From Candidatus Nezhaarchaeales archaeon (GTDB lineage: Archaea; Thermoproteota; Methanomethylicia; Nezhaarchaeales; WYZ-LMO8): DNA of 64,000 nt. The stretch lies in assembly GCA_038887515.1 (NCBI GenBank), contig JAWAKK010000002.1:310803-374802 (forward strand), given 5' to 3'. The position numbers and the translations under genes were made by a program. The stretch's first letter is position 1; each line of letters begins with the position of its first letter. Under the pieces are notes generated by a model. It searched no databases and was not told where the DNA came from. It worked only from the letters and a program-made list of their open reading frames with translations. Below, in pieces: positions 39,215 through 49,736 of the stretch.

Positions 39215-40192
39215 ATGCTATTGCAACCAACAGCTCCAACTATTATAAATCTATTGAAACAGCAGAAATACCAGCTTATTGGTAGTAGGAAGACGGCCGC
39301 CGTCAAGAAATGCCACTGGCTTCACATAGCTCTAACTAGTGACAGATTTTGTTATAAGAACTGGTATGGAATTGAGAGCCACAGATGTATACAAATGACT
39401 CCAACGCTGGCTTGTCCAAACAGTTGTCTCCATTGCTGGAGGATTGAAAAGGGCGATCCCAATACCATTTCTTGGGCGGAAGACGACTTCATGACATACG
39501 ACGACGAGAAGACCCTTTTGGACCAAGCCATTAGGGCCCAGTTCAGGATATTAAGCGGTTATAAGTCAAACCCAAAGGTGATAAGGGAAAGGTACATCGA
39601 AGCTCTACATCCAAAACACATTGCAATAAGTCTTGCTGGAGAACCAACGCTTTATGAAAGGCTTGGAGACTTCATAGAACTTTGCAGGAGCAAAGGTTTC
39701 ACGACATTTCTTGTAACTAATGGTATGTACCCTGAGAGACTAATGAAGCTACTAGATAGGGGGCAACCTTCACAACTTTACGTGTCTGTAAACAGCTCTT
39801 CAAGTGAAAAATTCGAACTGCTTTCAAGATGCAGCTTAGCTGATGGGTGGCAGAAGTTGATACGTAGCCTAAGGCTCCTTAAGGACTTCAAGTGTCCCTC
39901 CGTTATTAGGATAACTTTAATTAAGAACGTAAACGACCATGAAGCCGACTTAGAGGGGTTCTCAAAACTTTTGTCTATTGCCGAGCCTTGGTACGTAGAG
40001 GTAAAAGGTTACATGTACTTAGGATTTTCTAGGTTTAGGTTAAAGCTCGATAACATGCCCAAACATAGAGAGGTGCTCGACTTCGCAAAAAAGTTAAGTG
40101 CGATAAGCGGCTACAATATTGTCGCTGATAGTATTGGCTCGAGGGTAGTACTGCTCTCGAGGGTTGGCCCTCCTCTTAAAGTTAAACCATAA
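39215..40192 (+). CDS. taw1: 4-demethylwyosine synthase Taw1/TYW1
   Basis: AVKKCHW, CYK.WYGIESHRCIQMTP, CxxxCxxCWR, VEVKGYM. Confidence 0.93.
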   Translation: MLLQPTAPTIINLLKQQKYQLIGSRKTAAVKKCHWLHIALTSDRFCYKNWYGIESHRCIQMTPTLACPNSCLHCWRIEKGDPNTISWAEDDFMTYDDEKTLLDQAIRAQFRILSGYKSNPKVIRERYIEALHPKHIAISLAGEPTLYERLGDFIELCRSKGFTTFLVTNGMYPERLMKLLDRGQPSQLYVSVNSSSSEKFELLSRCSLADGWQKLIRSLRLLKDFKCPSVIRITLIKNVNDHEADLEGFSKLLSIAEPWYVEVKGYMYLGFSRFRLKLDNMPKHREVLDFAKKLSAISGYNIVADSIGSRVVLLSRVGPPLKVKP

Positions 40193-40193
40193 G

Positions 40194-40841
40194 CTACTTT
40201 ATTGTCTCGAAAGTTTCTTCCGCTCGGTCTTTAGTTATCATTAAGATATCTATACCATCACCGCTCAGAGCGTCTCTCTCGATTGCCGCTCTAACGGCCT
40301 TTACGGCTAGGTTCCTTGCCTCTTCTATCGTCAAGTCTTTTTTATAGTTGGATTCTAGCACGCCTATAGCTATGGTGGAGCCACTACCAAGAGATGCGTA
40401 GTCGTCTTCTATTAGTGAGCCGATAGCATCTAATACATATAGGCGAGGACCAGTCTCATCCACTCCGCCAACAAGAGTCTCGCTTATCAGAGGCATGTAC
40501 CGTTGGCTGAAAAGTATGTTAGCGAGTAGCTTAGCAGCGGCCTTGATAGGCATCTTCCTATTCAAGTCCAACTCGTAAAGCTTAACCTCAGCCTTTAAGC
40601 TCCTAGCTATTGCTTGCATGTCTCCTATCAATCCCGCACAAGCTATCCCCAGGTAATCAGTTATCTTGAAGACTTTCTTCGCTGACTTGCTTGTAACAGT
40701 GAAGCCGTAGCTGACCCTCTTTTCTGATGCAAGTACTACCCCATCACCAACCCTTATGCCGACGGTGGTGGCACCTAACGCCCAGTAGGGGCTTATCTGA
40801 TCGTCATAAACGTTGTGTTTAATACTATACATGAAGCGCAC
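40194..40841 (-). CDS. psmB: Proteasome beta subunit
   Basis: GA|TTVG processing site, SLGSGS, ERDALSGDG. Confidence 0.93.
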   Translation of the reverse strand: MRFMYSIKHNVYDDQISPYWALGATTVGIRVGDGVVLASEKRVSYGFTVTSKSAKKVFKITDYLGIACAGLIGDMQAIARSLKAEVKLYELDLNRKMPIKAAAKLLANILFSQRYMPLISETLVGGVDETGPRLYVLDAIGSLIEDDYASLGSGSTIAIGVLESNYKKDLTIEEARNLAVKAVRAAIERDALSGDGIDILMITKDRAEETFETIK

Positions 40842-40937
40842 CTGCCTAATTTACTCTAGGAAACCTTGTTTAAATCTTTTGGAGGTTGACGAGTGGTTAA
40901 TAAAGACCTTTGAGAGTATCCGAAAGTAGAGGCCATT

Positions 40938-41960
40938 ATGGTAAAGGAACAACCATTCAGTAGGATCCCTGAAATACCGTCATCCGAGCAACTAATAGAT
41001 GTAGCCTTTAGGAAAGCTTCTCGAATAACAGTTAAAGTACCGACTAAGAGGGATAAACTGTTGATAGCTAAACTAAGGGAACTAACTAAAATCAGAACGG
41101 TCGCTTCAGTCATAACTGATAGACTAAAAAAAATTAAGGGATCCATACCATCTATAGATTCACTTCACCCTTTCTATAGGGACATGTTTTACTTAATGAT
41201 AGAACCTAATAAGTTTAAGATCGCATTGGCTAGGCTCTCTAAGCTATCCAAGATGATAGAAAAACTTTCTAAAGAGTACGTGGCCAAAGTAAGATCTTCG
41301 TTAAGTCCTGCTGAAGCTTCAAGGCTTCGCAAAGAGTTCTATGGGCGAATTGCCTCAATGGTCAAGGAAATAAGAGAGGACCTGCAAGTTTTATCAGAAA
41401 GCAGAAAGCTTAAAAAACTGCCTTCCTTTGACTTCGATGTACCAATAATTATTGTGAGCGGAGCTCCAAATGTAGGCAAATCCTCCTTTGTAAAATGTGT
41501 ATCAACTGCAAAACCCGAGATAGCCGAATATCCATTTACAACTAAAGATGTAAGCGTAGGCCATATAATGGGTCCTAGGGGGATAATAGCTCAAGTCGTG
41601 GATACTCCTGGTCTACTAGATAGACCCCTAGAAGAGAGGAATAAAATAGAGCTTAAAGCTATAGTGGCTTTAAAGAACCTTAAAGGTGGGTTAGTCTTCT
41701 TAATAGATCCGACAGAAACATGTGGCTATACCCTTGATTATCAGCTCAACGTTCTCAAGAGCGTAAAAGAACTATTCAAGGAGAAACCTATGGTGATAGC
41801 GCTAACGAAAATAGACTTAGCCTCGCAGGAACATATACAAAAAGCTTTGGACAAGCTTAAGGACGAAAAAGTCTTCATGTGCAATACCCTTGAAAACATT
41901 GGAGTAAAGGAGGTAATAAGTAGTATATTGGGGGAGGTTAAGAAAAGTGATAGAAGTTGA
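40938..41960 (+). CDS. NOG1-family GTPase
   Basis: LHPFY, GAPNVGKSS, YPFTTK, DTPGLLDRP, TKID. Confidence 0.92.
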   Translation: MVKEQPFSRIPEIPSSEQLIDVAFRKASRITVKVPTKRDKLLIAKLRELTKIRTVASVITDRLKKIKGSIPSIDSLHPFYRDMFYLMIEPNKFKIALARLSKLSKMIEKLSKEYVAKVRSSLSPAEASRLRKEFYGRIASMVKEIREDLQVLSESRKLKKLPSFDFDVPIIIVSGAPNVGKSSFVKCVSTAKPEIAEYPFTTKDVSVGHIMGPRGIIAQVVDTPGLLDRPLEERNKIELKAIVALKNLKGGLVFLIDPTETCGYTLDYQLNVLKSVKELFKEKPMVIALTKIDLASQEHIQKALDKLKDEKVFMCNTLENIGVKEVISSILGEVKKSDRS

Positions 41961-43020
41961 CGGTAGTATGCTGGAAGGAGGAGGTCAAATACTTAGGATG
42001 GCTATAGCTCTATCTGCTGTAACCGGCATCCCGGTAAGAATCTTTAATATAAGAGCTAAGAGGAAGGATCCTGGGCTTAAGGCCCAGCATATGACAGCAA
42101 TAAGGGCTGTAGCAAGCTTAGTGAATGCAGAAATCGAAGGCTTAGCTCTTGGATCAAGAGAACTAATTTTTAAGCCTAAGACGATCAGGGGAGGAGGCTT
42201 AAGATTCGATATTGGAACCGCTGGATCTATTACGCTTGTACTTCAAAGCATATTGCCGACCGCTGCTTTTGCGCCATCAAAAATTAATGTTGAAATAGTT
42301 GGTGGTACGGATAACCCCCTAGCGCCACCGATAGACTACGTAGCCAACGTCTTAAAACCCGCTGTAGCTAAAATGGGTTATAGCTTCGATGTAAACGTTT
42401 TAAAAAGAGGCTTCTACCCCAAAGGAGGGGGGATCGTAAGAGCTTCAACAACTCCAGTCGTAAATCTCTCACCCATAAGGCTCGAGGAACAAGGTCACAT
42501 AAAGATTGTAAAAGGGGTTTCCTACAGCTCTAGGCTACCGGACCACATAGCTCGAAGGATGGCTAACAGTGCCTCGAAAACTTTGGAGAGTGCTGGGCTT
42601 GAAGCACAGATAGAGGTAGAGGTCTTACAGCAGGGGCATCCTAAGTGTGCTTTGAATCCAGGCTGTGGCATAGTACTTTGGACAGAAACCACGAAAGGTG
42701 CCATACTGGGCTCGGACAGTTTAGGAGAAGTAGGGAAGCCTGCCGAAAAGGTAGGCGAGGAAGCAGCCAGGAAGTTACTGGAAGAAATTAAAGGTGGAGC
42801 CACGGTAGATAGACATCTAGCCGATCAGCTCATAGTGTACATGACGCTAGCAAGCGGTGTGTCTATAATTAAGACTAGTGAGCTTACGATGCATACATTG
42901 ACTTGCATTGAGCTTAGTAAGAGGCTCGTACCCGAAGCATCGTTCGAGGTTAGAGAAGGCAAACCAGTCACGATAATTTGTAGGGGCGTTGGATTCAAAA
43001 ACAAGTTTTTAAGTGGCTAG
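41947..43020 (+). CDS. rtcA: RNA 3'-terminal phosphate cyclase
   Basis: DGSMLEGGGQILR, RGFYPKGGG, DRHLADQL. Confidence 0.95.
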   Translation: MIEVDGSMLEGGGQILRMAIALSAVTGIPVRIFNIRAKRKDPGLKAQHMTAIRAVASLVNAEIEGLALGSRELIFKPKTIRGGGLRFDIGTAGSITLVLQSILPTAAFAPSKINVEIVGGTDNPLAPPIDYVANVLKPAVAKMGYSFDVNVLKRGFYPKGGGIVRASTTPVVNLSPIRLEEQGHIKIVKGVSYSSRLPDHIARRMANSASKTLESAGLEAQIEVEVLQQGHPKCALNPGCGIVLWTETTKGAILGSDSLGEVGKPAEKVGEEAARKLLEEIKGGATVDRHLADQLIVYMTLASGVSIIKTSELTMHTLTCIELSKRLVPEASFEVREGKPVTIICRGVGFKNKFLSG

Positions 43021-43928
43021 TCTAGCGGAAGCATCTTCTCTACGAGCCATTTAGCGTCGAATGGTATCAAGTCATCATATCCCTGTCCAACGCCAAGGTA
43101 AATTATGGGCTTACGTGTAGCGAAGCTTATTGATATGGCAGCTCCTCCCTTAACGTCGGCATCGACCTTAGTTAGTATCGTTGCATCAATTCCTACAGCA
43201 TCGTTAAACTTTATGGCCATATCATACGCATCATTGCCTGTAAGGGCGTCAACAACAAGTACCTTGAGGTCGGGCTTTGTAACGCGAACAATCTTTTTCA
43301 GCTCATCCATTAAGCTCTTATCCGTTTGAAGGCGGCCAGCCGTATCTATTAAGACGCAGGATATACCTTTCGATGAAGCATGAGCTACAGCATCATAGGC
43401 AACAGCAGCGGGGTCAGCACCATATTTATGCTTTATGACCTTTACGCCTAGCCTAGAAGCGTGGACTTCGAGTTGTTCTTCAGCACCAGCTCTAAAAGTG
43501 TCGCTACACGCCAAGACTACTGAGAGACCATTTTTTAAAAATATGTTAGCGACTTTCGCTACAGTCAAAGTCTTGCCATGTCCGTTCGGCCCTACGAACA
43601 TTACAGTAAATACCTTGCCCTCTTGCTTTCTCTTTTTAGCTTCTGATACCAAGTCTATTTGCGGCGTAGAAATCAGTACCTTGTATATGTTTTCCCTAAG
43701 ACTTTTCACAACAACATTATATACGCTTTCAGCCCTACTTATCCTCATCCCTCTAAGGGAGGATACAACGTTATCTACAATTTCAAAGGCGACAGGGAGA
43801 GCTACGTCACTCTCAATTAATGCTAAACGTAGTTTTTCTGCAACTTCTGAAAGACTCTTATCATCGAGCTCCTTAGTGGTTACCTCTTGAAAAAAAGTCT
43901 TTAGCTTGGCCTTAAGGAACGTAAACAA
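43017..43928 (-). CDS. ftsY: SRP receptor FtsY
   Basis: GPNGHGKT, DTFRAGA, DTAGR, TKVD. Confidence 0.95.
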   Translation of the reverse strand: MFTFLKAKLKTFFQEVTTKELDDKSLSEVAEKLRLALIESDVALPVAFEIVDNVVSSLRGMRISRAESVYNVVVKSLRENIYKVLISTPQIDLVSEAKKRKQEGKVFTVMFVGPNGHGKTLTVAKVANIFLKNGLSVVLACSDTFRAGAEEQLEVHASRLGVKVIKHKYGADPAAVAYDAVAHASSKGISCVLIDTAGRLQTDKSLMDELKKIVRVTKPDLKVLVVDALTGNDAYDMAIKFNDAVGIDATILTKVDADVKGGAAISISFATRKPIIYLGVGQGYDDLIPFDAKWLVEKMLPLD

Positions 43929-44390
43929 TTATTTTTTACCTCCAGCCTGAGTCTCGGACCGACTTTCAGCTACCCTCCTTAGCTCGGGTTCGAGCTTAGA
44001 GATCCTTGCTGAAACAGTCGCTAGCTGCTGTTGGGTTTCAGTAACTACTCTTCTCAATGAGTCTATTCGCGTTTCTAAGAACTTCTTTGCATCTTCCAAG
44101 CTCTTTTCGATTAAAACGTTAGCACCTACGTTTATAAGCACCCTTTTAGAGTCAGTTATTTTACCTTTTGCATAGGCGTTGGCCCCCAAAACAAAGAGAG
44201 CCTCAACCTCTCCTGAAACCTTACCCAGCTCGTCGATCGCTTGAATAGTATTCTCAATTTCGCTTATTGCTGCTAACGCCACGTCTATCCTCTGCTTAAG
44301 CGCTTCAGCTAAATTCTGAAGATATTGCCACTCGGCTACAAGCCTACTTATGTCCTCTTGCGAGGTACCGACCTCCCTACTTTCCGCCAT
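43929..44390 (-). CDS. pfdA: Prefoldin alpha subunit
   Basis: Coiled coils flanking beta hairpins ([13 protein letters not shown]); conserved context. Confidence 0.9.
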   Translation of the reverse strand: MAESREVGTSQEDISRLVAEWQYLQNLAEALKQRIDVALAAISEIENTIQAIDELGKVSGEVEALFVLGANAYAKGKITDSKRVLINVGANVLIEKSLEDAKKFLETRIDSLRRVVTETQQQLATVSARISKLEPELRRVAESRSETQAGGKK

Positions 44391-44577
44391 CTTCAGCCAA
44401 CTCCTTTATTTCTTCAATCTTTACGTTAAACCTCTTAAGTTTATGCCTACTACCCAATAGCGAGTATACCTTCTCTAGTGCGTGCTCAGGCTTTAGCGCC
44501 CTTACCGCGATTAGGAACTGGGTCCATCGAGTCTTGATTCTCATCTTGCCGATTACCTTGAATGTCTTGACTTGCAT
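44377..44577 (-). CDS. rpl18a: 50S ribosomal protein LX/eL20 (L18a)
   Basis: [19 protein letters not shown]. Confidence 0.92.
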   Translation of the reverse strand: MQVKTFKVIGKMRIKTRWTQFLIAVRALKPEHALEKVYSLLGSRHKLKRFNVKIEEIKELAEDGGK

Positions 44578-44587
44578 AAAGCCACCC

Positions 44588-45253
44588 CTATAAGAACAAT
44601 ATCTGTTCAATTCTAGCGAGTTCCGGACCAGTAGTGGTAGGTGCTATAAGTGCACCCTTAGAATTTAAAACCATTGCTATTCTTAATAAATACGAACCCA
44701 TCATCGCGGTACCAACATCAGCCCTCACTTTCATTACCTCTGAGACCCACTTTGCTTCATCTTCTGAGGTCATGGGGTGTAAGAGGGCGCCTCTGTTGTT
44801 AGCGACCGCTACTGAACCTACCAACTTTATTCCTCCTAGGCTACCCTTCACAACCTCTACATTTAAAGTGTCCTCGACTAGCTTAGCTTCACTCCTCGTA
44901 AAATCATCGTGGACTATGGCTGCCCTATCGTTCACTAAAATCATGTTTCCTAAAGCTGTTTTAGCTGAAGGTATAATAGCTATATTAATATCGAGCTCCC
45001 TTTTTAGCATGTCAAGCTCGTCGGCCAAGGTTATAAACGGGAGCACAAGTCCATAGGAATTTCCGGCGGCTAGTATTCCCAGCAGGGGGGATGCACCTAT
45101 GCTTACTCTAAACGCTGGAACTTCAAGGTTCCCCTCAATTATCTTCTTAAATTTCTCACTTGCATCCTTGGGTATTAATGCGTACTTATCTGTTGCCAAA
45201 CAAAAGGCTCCTACATGTTCGCTTCCATATATCGTCGCTAGCTCTATGGGCAA
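44588..45253 (-). CDS. eif6: Translation initiation factor aIF6
   Basis: [32 protein letters not shown]. Confidence 0.93.
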   Translation of the reverse strand: MPIELATIYGSEHVGAFCLATDKYALIPKDASEKFKKIIEGNLEVPAFRVSIGASPLLGILAAGNSYGLVLPFITLADELDMLKRELDINIAIIPSAKTALGNMILVNDRAAIVHDDFTRSEAKLVEDTLNVEVVKGSLGGIKLVGSVAVANNRGALLHPMTSEDEAKWVSEVMKVRADVGTAMMGSYLLRIAMVLNSKGALIAPTTTGPELARIEQILFL

Positions 45254-45265
45254 TTGAGGGCTCCC

Positions 45266-45544
45266 TCACAGAGGTTCCACTTTAACTAAGCCATCTTTGT
45301 ACTTTACCGCTTTAACCCTAACTTTTTTAGGAGGTTTCTTAGCCCCCCTGTTCCATATAAGTTGAGATACCTTGGGATCTATCTTTACGTTATCCGATTT
45401 CATGTGTCTCGAAATGAAGGCCTTGACGAACCTAATGGCTCTAGCAGCTCTCCTCCACCTAGGTACCCCTAGCGTAACCCTTAAAGGTATGGTATATTGC
45501 CTTTCGAGTTCTACTTCTGCCTCGCCCTCAGACATGTTATACAC
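45266..45544 (-). CDS. rpl31e: 50S ribosomal protein eL31
   Basis: YTIPLR, RA.RAI, RHMK, IW.RG..KPP. Confidence 0.95.
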   Translation of the reverse strand: MYNMSEGEAEVELERQYTIPLRVTLGVPRWRRAARAIRFVKAFISRHMKSDNVKIDPKVSQLIWNRGAKKPPKKVRVKAVKYKDGLVKVEPL

Positions 45545-45548
45545 CTAA

Positions 45549-45704
45549 TTACGCCTTCAGTTTAACCCTTCTCCAATGTCTGAGCTTTGGATGAGATCTA
45601 AATTCCCTCTTTGTTTTAACTACAACCCACGCAGGCACCGCATTGTTTTGTTTACAGGCCTTCGCTAACCTTCTCTTCTTAGCCGTATGCTTATATTTAG
45701 CCAT
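45549..45704 (-). CDS. rpl39e: 50S ribosomal protein eL39 (missing from ORF track)
   Basis: [31 protein letters not shown]...[10 protein letters not shown], 51 aa. Confidence 0.95.
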   Translation of the reverse strand: MAKYKHTAKKRRLAKACKQNNAVPAWVVVKTKREFRSHPKLRHWRRVKLKA

Positions 45705-45705
45705 C

Positions 45706-46053
45706 TTAAATCCTCCTAATCCTTATTTCTCTACGGGTAGATTGAAGGGATTCGAGTATCCTCTTTAGCTGTTCATCGGTTATTGGAACAGGGATTCTAC
45801 CGGATTGAGCTAATTGGATCAGTTGAGCTTCAAGTTGTTCAGCGAACTCGGGCCTAACCATTTTTATATTGGAAAGCCTCATCCTAGCTTCAGGAGTAAG
45901 GATTGTCCTTAGAAGGGCTTGCTTCTTTACTTCATATTCTCTTCTTAACCTTTCCTGCTCTTCAGCTATAGCCGCCCTCCTTTGAAGTTCCATAAGCTTC
46001 CTTTGCTTGATATCTTCAAGTTCTTCGTCATGTACCTCGGCCACAGCTACCAC
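45706..46053 (-). CDS. PDCD5-like DNA-binding protein
   Basis: [29 protein letters not shown]. Confidence 0.92.
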   Translation of the reverse strand: MVAVAEVHDEELEDIKQRKLMELQRRAAIAEEQERLRREYEVKKQALLRTILTPEARMRLSNIKMVRPEFAEQLEAQLIQLAQSGRIPVPITDEQLKRILESLQSTRREIRIRRI

Positions 46054-46518
46054 CTAAGCGTATTTTCTAAGTTCTGGCATATCTTTTTGAAGCTCTCTCA
46101 AGATTTTGTGCGCCAGCCTATCTAGCAAGGACCTACCTTTGGGGGCGAGGATCCGACCTTTATTTCCAGCCTTTTCTACCAAACCTGCCTGTTCTAATTG
46201 TTGAAGTATCTTCCTTATTATCGTGCCCCCAGCCTTTCTAAAGTGTTCTCGACCTTTAGAGCCTGGTCTCTGTCTACATCCAAAAGCGGTCCTCAAACTA
46301 CCAACGCCAACGGGACCGTAAATATAGATTTTCCTAAGTATGGCCGCAGACCTGACATACCACCAATCTTTTCTAACAGGCGGTCTCTCCTTGCCGGGCC
46401 CGGTCTTGACTACTAAGGCCCATGATGGCGGCTTAATAATGTCGGATAGATTTTCCCTTAAGTAGGCTGCTAGTTCTTCTACCAGTAGTGCTGGAGGTAC
46501 CTTCAATACTTCGGACAT
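46054..46518 (-). CDS. rps19e: 30S ribosomal protein eS19
   Basis: PSWA..VKTG, WWYVRSAAILRK, IIRKILQQLE. Confidence 0.96.
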   Translation of the reverse strand: MSEVLKVPPALLVEELAAYLRENLSDIIKPPSWALVVKTGPGKERPPVRKDWWYVRSAAILRKIYIYGPVGVGSLRTAFGCRQRPGSKGREHFRKAGGTIIRKILQQLEQAGLVEKAGNKGRILAPKGRSLLDRLAHKILRELQKDMPELRKYA

Positions 46519-46571
46519 GTCTTTTCAACTCGGTTTCTCTTTTGAGCGTAGAGGAGTAGTAGAGTGGCTTA

Positions 46572-46859
46572 TTAAAGTGTTCTCTTCCTTCGTCTCCTAT
46601 ATAAGACGAGGGCATAGCCTCTTATTTCCATTGCGTCAGCATCGAGCTTCTGAGCTATTATCTCTGCGAGTTTTTTCCTGTCTTCTATTCCTTCAACGGT
46701 GAGGGCAGACTTTAGAATCCTGATTTTTACTATTTCCTGCTCGTCAAGCCTTCTATTTATTTCCTTCAAAACAGCTTCTGTTAAGCCTTGTTTACCTATG
46801 TTAACATCAACATCTTCCAACATTTTTTCTTTGAGCCTTCTCTTAACCCCTCTACTCAT
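46572..46859 (-). CDS. YhbY/CRM RNA-binding protein
   Basis: [24 protein letters not shown]. Confidence 0.9.
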   Translation of the reverse strand: MSRGVKRRLKEKMLEDVDVNIGKQGLTEAVLKEINRRLDEQEIVKIRILKSALTVEGIEDRKKLAEIIAQKLDADAMEIRGYALVLYRRRRKRTL

Positions 46860-47181
46860 GTTTCAGACCTCTTAAGTTTAGTCTCATGACTCTACCGCAT
46901 TCAAAGCATGTTATAGCGATGTGTGGCTCTCTTCTTTTAGCTATTCTAACTCTGCAGTTAACGCCAGACCTCAGAAACTTGTAACAATAATGACAGAACC
47001 TCCTTCTGTATTCTCTAGGTATCCTGACCTTACTCTTCATGGCTATTTTCCTGGCCAATTCTACGTACCTATGCGATAATTCGGGCTTCGTATTGGAGAA
47101 GAAGTCTGCCATTTTGAACAACCTCTCTATCCTCTCTTTTGCAATAACTCTAATTCTAGCTACCTGCCTTTTACAGGACAT
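46852..47181 (-). CDS. rnp4: RNase P protein Rpp21
   Basis: [21 protein letters not shown]...CFECG. Confidence 0.93.
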   Translation of the reverse strand: MSCKRQVARIRVIAKERIERLFKMADFFSNTKPELSHRYVELARKIAMKSKVRIPREYRRRFCHYCYKFLRSGVNCRVRIAKRREPHIAITCFECGRVMRLNLRGLKHE

Positions 47182-47221
47182 ATTAATCTGCCAATTTAGG
47201 TGTGTAGAGGAATAATATTAA

Positions 47222-47959
47222 GTGAACTGCCAGGTGAAGCTTGTGTACACTAAGCAGTATATCGCCTTAGTATTAGTAGATGCCTCCTTAGAGCTAGTGC
47301 CACCAGAAATAGCTAGGCACCCTTCAGTCAAGAAAACCGCAAAAAAGAGGAAGAAAGAGCCTTTAACGATTCTACTTGATAAATCCCTTCACTATCACGC
47401 AATGAAGAAGTTACCAAGACAGGAGAAGAGAGGAAGACCAGATATAGTGCACTTATGTATGCTAGAGGTATTATCATCCCCCCTCTGCAGTAAGGGTTAC
47501 CTTCAACTCTACGTTCACACGATAAATAGCTTGGTCTTCAAGGTAAGGAGCGATGTTAGGTTACCGAAGAACTACAATAGATTCGTCGGCTTAATGGAAC
47601 AATTGTTAGCTTTCAACAGAGTTCCGGAGAAGGGTGAAGCGCTACTTGAAATTATAGGGAGGGGACTAGATAAAGTCGTAGAAGACTTTAAACCAACGAA
47701 GAAGATTCTGCTGTCTGAAAAGGGTGTTAGAATGACACCTCTAGATTTAGCGGAGGAAGTGTTAAGCGGAGGAGGAAGAGCAATGATTATGGTTGGAGCT
47801 TTTCCTCACGGAGATTTCAGCGATGAAGTTCTTAGAGTCGCTGATAAAGCAGTATCACTATACAATGGCGTCCTCGAAGGTTTCGTAACTATTTCAATAG
47901 TAATGAGGGCTCTAGAGTTTAAAATCGGTTTGTATAGTATCAATGGAGGAAATGTTTAA
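47222..47959 (+). CDS. nep1: Nep1/Emg1 rRNA pseudouridine methyltransferase
   Basis: KRGRPDIVH, RLPKNYNRF.GLMEQL, GAFPHG. Confidence 0.93.
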   Translation: MNCQVKLVYTKQYIALVLVDASLELVPPEIARHPSVKKTAKKRKKEPLTILLDKSLHYHAMKKLPRQEKRGRPDIVHLCMLEVLSSPLCSKGYLQLYVHTINSLVFKVRSDVRLPKNYNRFVGLMEQLLAFNRVPEKGEALLEIIGRGLDKVVEDFKPTKKILLSEKGVRMTPLDLAEEVLSGGGRAMIMVGAFPHGDFSDEVLRVADKAVSLYNGVLEGFVTISIVMRALEFKIGLYSINGGNV

Positions 47960-47992
47960 GTGTAAAATTACTTGACGAGGTAGTTGAGGCGG

Positions 47993-48099
47993 GGCCGAGG
48001 TGGCGTAGATTGGCTAACGCGCCGGCCTGTACCACCGGGTTCACGAGCCTGGTGGGGGCAAGGAGCCGGAGATCGCGGGTTCAAGTCCCGCCCTCGGCC
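47993..48099 (+). tRNA. tRNA-His(GTG) with encoded G-1 and a 31-nt intron at 35/36 (48031-48061)
   Basis: G-GCCGAGG/CCTCGGC-C73; CCGGC-CTGT|GGA-GCCGG; bulge-helix geometry at both junctions. Confidence 0.88.
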
Positions 48100-48110
48100 T
48101 CCAAATTAGT

Positions 48111-48184
48111 GGGCCGGTAGATCAGCCTGGTGGATCGCCCGCTTTGCAAGCGGGAGGTCGCGGGTTCAAGTCCCGCCCGGTCCA
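48111..48184 (+). tRNA. tRNA-Ala(TGC)
   Basis: GGGCCGG/CCGGTCC with G3-U70, CCCGC-TTTGCAA-GCGGG. Confidence 0.96.
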
Positions 48185-48316
48185 CAACTTATTTTTACTG
48201 GAAGTCTCGATTTGCAACTTGATATTGGTCATGATTAAAGGTCACTACGTAAAATGTCGGTTTTAGGGATATTTTCTTGCAAGATGGGACATATCTTTAT
48301 ATTGGTCGTCCAATAA

Positions 48317-48943
48317 ATGAGTATGGGGGAAAGAACTACGTCTTCTAAAGAAGTTAATACTTATAGAGAAACCTCTAAGGCTCTTTTAAATACAGTACTG
48401 TTTATAGTGATCTACGTATTAATATCGGCTGCCATCCAGTACATGATAACCACGGTTCTACCCATGTTCAATATATCCATCTTAGATTACGCCGTCTACA
48501 TACACATACTTTTAGCACTGGCATTCGGTTACCTAATAATTAGCGGAGTTGCGAACTTTTTCTACTGGACTCTTAGAGCTAAGCATGATCATCCCACAGC
48601 AGCAGCCATTAGGAACGTTGTAAGGATCATTGGCCTAGGAGCCATGATAGCGGCTATAGCTGGCGGAGCTGCTGGTGTCGCTCTCGGCGGCTTTCTAGGC
48701 ATAGTCATAGGTTTTGCCTCTCAGCAAGTTCTAGGGCAAGCCGTTGCGGGGCTTTTCCTGCTTATGGCGAGACCGTTTAAGATAGGTGACTCCGTTGTGA
48801 TTGCCGGAGAGGATGGAGTTATCGAGGACGTTGCAACGCTCAATAATACGATAGTCAAGCACGACGGAACTAAGGCACTCATACCTAATAGCTCAATAAT
48901 TGGCAGTAAGATCCTCCTCAAACCAAGAACCGAGAAAACATAA
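48317..48943 (+). CDS. MscS-family mechanosensitive channel
   Basis: IGFASQQVLGQAVAGLFL..RPFKIGD, IPNS. Confidence 0.88.
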   Translation: MSMGERTTSSKEVNTYRETSKALLNTVLFIVIYVLISAAIQYMITTVLPMFNISILDYAVYIHILLALAFGYLIISGVANFFYWTLRAKHDHPTAAAIRNVVRIIGLGAMIAAIAGGAAGVALGGFLGIVIGFASQQVLGQAVAGLFLLMARPFKIGDSVVIAGEDGVIEDVATLNNTIVKHDGTKALIPNSSIIGSKILLKPRTEKT

Positions 48944-49127
48944 AAAATCGGCTTTAATGAAATATCAAAACTCTCCCCTTATTTTATTGCATCATCGAAT
49001 AAACTTCTTGAAAGCTCGGAAGCGTATAACCTTCAATACTCTTTAAATGGCATTGTATGCCTATAACGCAAAGTGTAGTGTGGAGAAATCTACGTTAAAT
49101 GGGAGTGCGTATTCCTCTCGATCGACT

Positions 49128-49733
49128 CTAACTTAAGATACTCCTTATGAATAGCTCGTGTATTCTTGTGTCGTTCGTCAGCTCTGGGTGAAATGTCGCT
49201 GCTAGTATTTTGTCTTGTCGTACAAGGACCGGAAGACCTTCATATGTAGCTAGAACCTCGACCTTACTGCCCACAGATTCTATCGCCGGAGCTCTTATGA
49301 AGACTCCTCGAAAAGGTTTGTCGCCTAACGCTGAAATTGAGAGGTCGACTTCAAAAGACTCTTTCTGTCTACCGTAGTAATTTCTCACAATTTTTATGTC
49401 CATAACCCCTACAAGTGGCTGATTAACCCTACCAATTTTCGCATCGCATACTTCTTTAGCTAGTAGTATAGCTCCAGCGCATGTACCGAAAGCCGGCAGT
49501 CCTTCATCTATCTTCTTTCTTAAAGCTTTGAGTAGGCCTACTCTTTCAGCTACTCTGCCTATGACAGTGCTTTCCCCTCCAGGTATTACTATACCTTGAA
49601 CCTTGTCTACGTCGCTAGGTTTTTTGATCAACTCTATGTTACTGCTTAGATTAAGCTTAGACATGGCTAGTTTTAGTGCTTCCACGTGTTCCGAAATTGC
49701 TCCCTGAAGTGCTAAGACACCTAACTTAAGCAT
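49128..49733 (-). CDS. pdxT: PLP synthase glutaminase subunit
   Basis: GVLALQG, PGGEST, GTCAG, FIRAP, FHPEL. Confidence 0.96.
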   Translation of the reverse strand: MLKLGVLALQGAISEHVEALKLAMSKLNLSSNIELIKKPSDVDKVQGIVIPGGESTVIGRVAERVGLLKALRKKIDEGLPAFGTCAGAILLAKEVCDAKIGRVNQPLVGVMDIKIVRNYYGRQKESFEVDLSISALGDKPFRGVFIRAPAIESVGSKVEVLATYEGLPVLVRQDKILAATFHPELTNDTRIHELFIRSILS

Positions 49734-49736
49734 AAC

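Noticed and set aside
47994-48099. tRNA-Tyr(GTA) with canonical intron
   Set aside because: Would need C37 and lacks the archaeal Tyr C1-G72 pair; G-1/C73 and splice geometry indicate His
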